Shown in pieces: positions 61,200-64,000 of a stretch of 64,000 nucleotides of DNA. This stretch comes from Patellaria atrata CBS 101060. Taxonomy: Eukaryota. How positions within the stretch are numbered: position 1 is the stretch's first letter; each line of letters starts with the position of its first letter. The notes below the pieces were generated by a model, which was not told the DNA's origin, searched no databases, and saw only the letters and a program-made list of their open reading frames with translations. The stretch spans positions 310,001-374,000 of the forward strand of contig MU006090.1 in NCBI GenBank assembly GCA_010093705.1. Direction: 5' to 3'. The position numbers were made by a program, and so were the translations under genes.

Positions 61200-63341
61200 T
61201 CATAGATCGTCTTCCAAAAACTTATAAGCAAACTTGAAGTCTGCTTTTCTTCGATTCATCCTGGTAAGAAAAATCAATCGAGAATGCCATATAAACGTTG
61301 AAACAATCTTAAGAGTCACTTACCATGTGCTCTCATAATCGAAGAATCGATATGTGCCCTGCTCATAATCTTCAGTGATCTGTTTCGGTTCTTCGTGCCG
61401 CTGAAACCACGTTTGATACTGTTTGTGGAATCTCCAGCTCTGAGACTTCAACGCTCTAGCAGCGAGGAATTGCTCATAGGTTCCTTGCCGGTAGTAAAAG
61501 GCGTAGAAGAGAGTATCAGTATCTACCCGGTTGTACAAGCGAAAATCATCAAATATGGCCAACGGTTCTTGTGGATAATGTGGGGGAATGTAAGGAAACC
61601 GGTGGTTTGGTTTATAGTGACGTGGTCGTTCGGCATCAATAGATTCTGGGCAAGTAGCATGAGAGGTTGCAAAGAGTCTCTCATCTCGTGCTGTTGAACC
61701 GGCAGACCTCTCAGACTGGGCAGCTTCAAAAGTATCTACAAGATCTTGAAGACTAGATGGAAGGTGGAATATTGACTCGGTTTCTTCTGACTCGATATCT
61801 GCCTCGCCATTTGTGAGAGTGGATTCAGTAGCTATACTTGGTTGATCTCGCGCCTTTTCCGCCTCGGAGGCTTTCTTGGTTGCTGCAATCCTCAGTGGTT
61901 CTTCTGAAGAAGAGGGTTTCCGGCTCTGCGAGCTCGCGCCTTCAACCTTCTCTAGAGCGGGTGTAGGAGGTATACTACTAGCTTCAGTACTTGTAACAGC
62001 AATACTTGAATGACTTAAGGCAGGAGATTTAGTAGACAAAGGGCCACTGGATATGCCATCCGCGCTACCTGCTATCGATGCTGTAGGTCGTTGCACCGGT
62101 GCGTGAGATTGAGTTGCGGGCTGTGATGATACGGCAGCAGGTGAGGATGCTGCGCTAGTTCTTGATGTAGACGCCGATGGTAAAGGAGCCAACCCAACGT
62201 TTGTGTTATTAGCCCCGGGTGGCGGCGGTAATGGTGCAATTCCTACACCATTCTTGTCACTCGCGGCCGCTGCTGCTGCAGCTGAAGCATATTTTAAAGG
62301 CTCTCCAGGTATCCGTGAAGGTAGAGGAGCTGGCTTCATACTACCTGATGAGGTCCCGTTGGGAGCCGGCCCAGCTGGAGTATGAAGTGTTGCCAGCGCT
62401 GGTAATGGGGATTTCAGCTGCGTGGATGGTCTTCTTGCTGCTACAGGCCCATCCGACGGTTTTGGTTTCCCCGCCGTACCGCTAGGTTGCCGTGGTTCCA
62501 GGTCTGGGGCTTCATCTTGTATCGATTGGGTATCCTGGGAGGACACCCTATCCGCCTCATTATTCATACCGTATAGGTCCTCTTCTTCCTGGAGATCGAG
62601 ATCGTCGTATATACTATCATCTTCCATGAAGTCTACTTCTGTGTTGCTTTCTACATAGTACCGTATACTCTCTTCGAGATCCTTTACTTGCTCTGTTTCT
62701 ACACTTCCGTTCTCGAGTGCCCGTAGCAACAGTTCTAATTTATTCTGGTGCCATTTATGCCGTTCAGTCGCCCGTTCGAGCTCTGATATACGATCCGCTT
62801 TCGAGTTATCCTTTTTCCCTTTCTTGACATTTGCTTGTAAAGATTCCGTCTCCGCTTCGGCAGTCTCAATCTGCCGCTCCAGTTCCTCAACCATGTTCGA
62901 AAGGAATTGACACATCTCCAATTTCTCTTTCTCCTTTGGATCTAACTTAGACGCAGCAGATAAGCCTATCTTTGAATATGCTTTAGTCTTCATCTCCTTT
63001 TCGACAGCCTTGAACTTCTCCATTTGCTTGTTGAATGTACTCGTTAGCCATAGCTACTTAGTACGAATAACGCACGCTCAGCCTACCGTTTCTATCAATT
63101 TCCGCTGTTCAAGTAATGGCTTCTTATCTTTGATGTCGTTCGTAGCAGCCCATGCCTTGATTTGGTCGCGAGACCGCTGCAGCTTCTTGATTTCCTTTTT
63201 AAGCGCATCTTCAAGCTTCTCCTTTTGTGACGGATTCGATGTCTGTTGCATTTTATCATATATCCCTTCGAATGAAGCTACACCTTCGGCTACTTTCTTG
63301 AAACATCGTTCCACCTCGTTTGCTAGCTTTCTAGCTGCCAT
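61200..63341 (-). CDS. NOT3: CCR4-NOT subunit Not3/Not5; exons 63341-63087, 63026-61324, 61260-61200
   Basis: [41 protein letters not shown]-box DTLFYAFYY...[14 protein letters not shown]...YFLEDDL-type end. Confidence 0.95.
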
Positions 63342-63820
63342 TATGTGTACTCGGCCTTGTAGCGCGGAGATGGTGGTAGAGGGCGGTATGTTCGTTCGAC
63401 GACAAGTACTGAGCTGTCCGATGTTACGCGTAAGCCGACGTGAGTTATTTGGTTCACGGTTGTGTTGGTTACTAGGGAGAATAGAGATTGATGGATGTGA
63501 AGCTGATCGCGACGTCGATGAAACTGGTCCTACCGCTTTCGTTATCGGCAAGGTATCGTGAAGAAGTCGTTCTTGGCACCCCAGGCTGAACTCAGACGTC
63601 CGATCAGCCTTGAATATCAGTACTTTCACTATCATGATCATTTACCTTCTTCCTACCCAAATATCTTTCTGATTATTGGGGGGGCTGGGCAATTTTCATT
63701 ACCTTGTTGATACCTTACTGTTGATCGGTGTTTAGTGGTGCATGAGACGCGTTCGATCGGAGGAAAAATTTACAATAATTATTAAAGTCTTTTGAAGCAT
63801 AATTTAGTTATTCTTGAAAC

Positions 63821-64000
63821 ATGAAAAGTATGTGTTCCTTTATGTACTTGAGGGATTCAACCTTATTCTTTCACATAGCAGTAATACAGCGCGTTAAATC
63901 CGCTTCAGTTACCGTCGATGGCCAGCTGATATCTTCCATCGGGAAAGGTATCTTGGTATTTGCCGCTGTCGCTAAAGAGGACACTCAAATAGAAGTGGAA
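63821..64000 (+). CDS. DTD1: D-aminoacyl-tRNA deacylase, 5' part (runs off window); exon 63821-63827, intron 63828-63878
   Basis: Spliced MKTVIQRVKSASVTVDGQLISSIGKGILVFAAV. Confidence 0.9.
   Translation, partial: MKSMCSFMYLRDSTLFFHIAVIQRVKSASVTVDGQLISSIGKGILVFAAVAKEDTQIEVE

Noticed and set aside
1..64000. CRISPR arrays, prokaryotic operons, PKS/NRPS cluster, rRNA
   Set aside because: Eukaryotic intron-containing locus; no repeat-spacer arrays, backbone synthases or rRNA motifs seen.

Overview
Eukaryotic genomic DNA from a filamentous ascomycete (Pezizomycotina): short GT-AG introns with CTAAC/CTGAC branch sites and a transposon damaged by repeat-induced point mutation (RIP). The window opens with a dead pogo/Fot1-type DNA transposon containing an assembly gap. 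About 25 protein genes follow, mostly housekeeping: thiol methyltransferase, OTU deubiquitinase, SDR, beta-carbonic anhydrase, AA9 LPMO, Ups1, GCP3/Spc98, proteasome alpha1, Nop58, Arp10/Ro-7, an AsaB/CmcJ-like oxidoreductase, mitochondrial uS15, Rps0, an 11-knuckle CCHC protein, Rpc17, a C2H2 TF, Not3/5 and Dtd1. Many sit in head-to-head pairs. Four items stand out. (1) An intronless 975-aa gene fuses 7 QP-x-Tyr repeats and a Met/His-rich repeat to an unusual flavoprotein domain, upstream of which lies an ~8 kb gene-poor region. (2) An unannotated, highly structured, tRNA-like candidate Pol III ncRNA lies at ~55.6 kb. (3) The zinc-knuckle protein has WG/GW Argonaute-hook-like tails. (4) C-rich-to-G-rich skew switches recur regardless of gene orientation. 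All calls were made by eye from the sequence; no database searches or folding programs were run.
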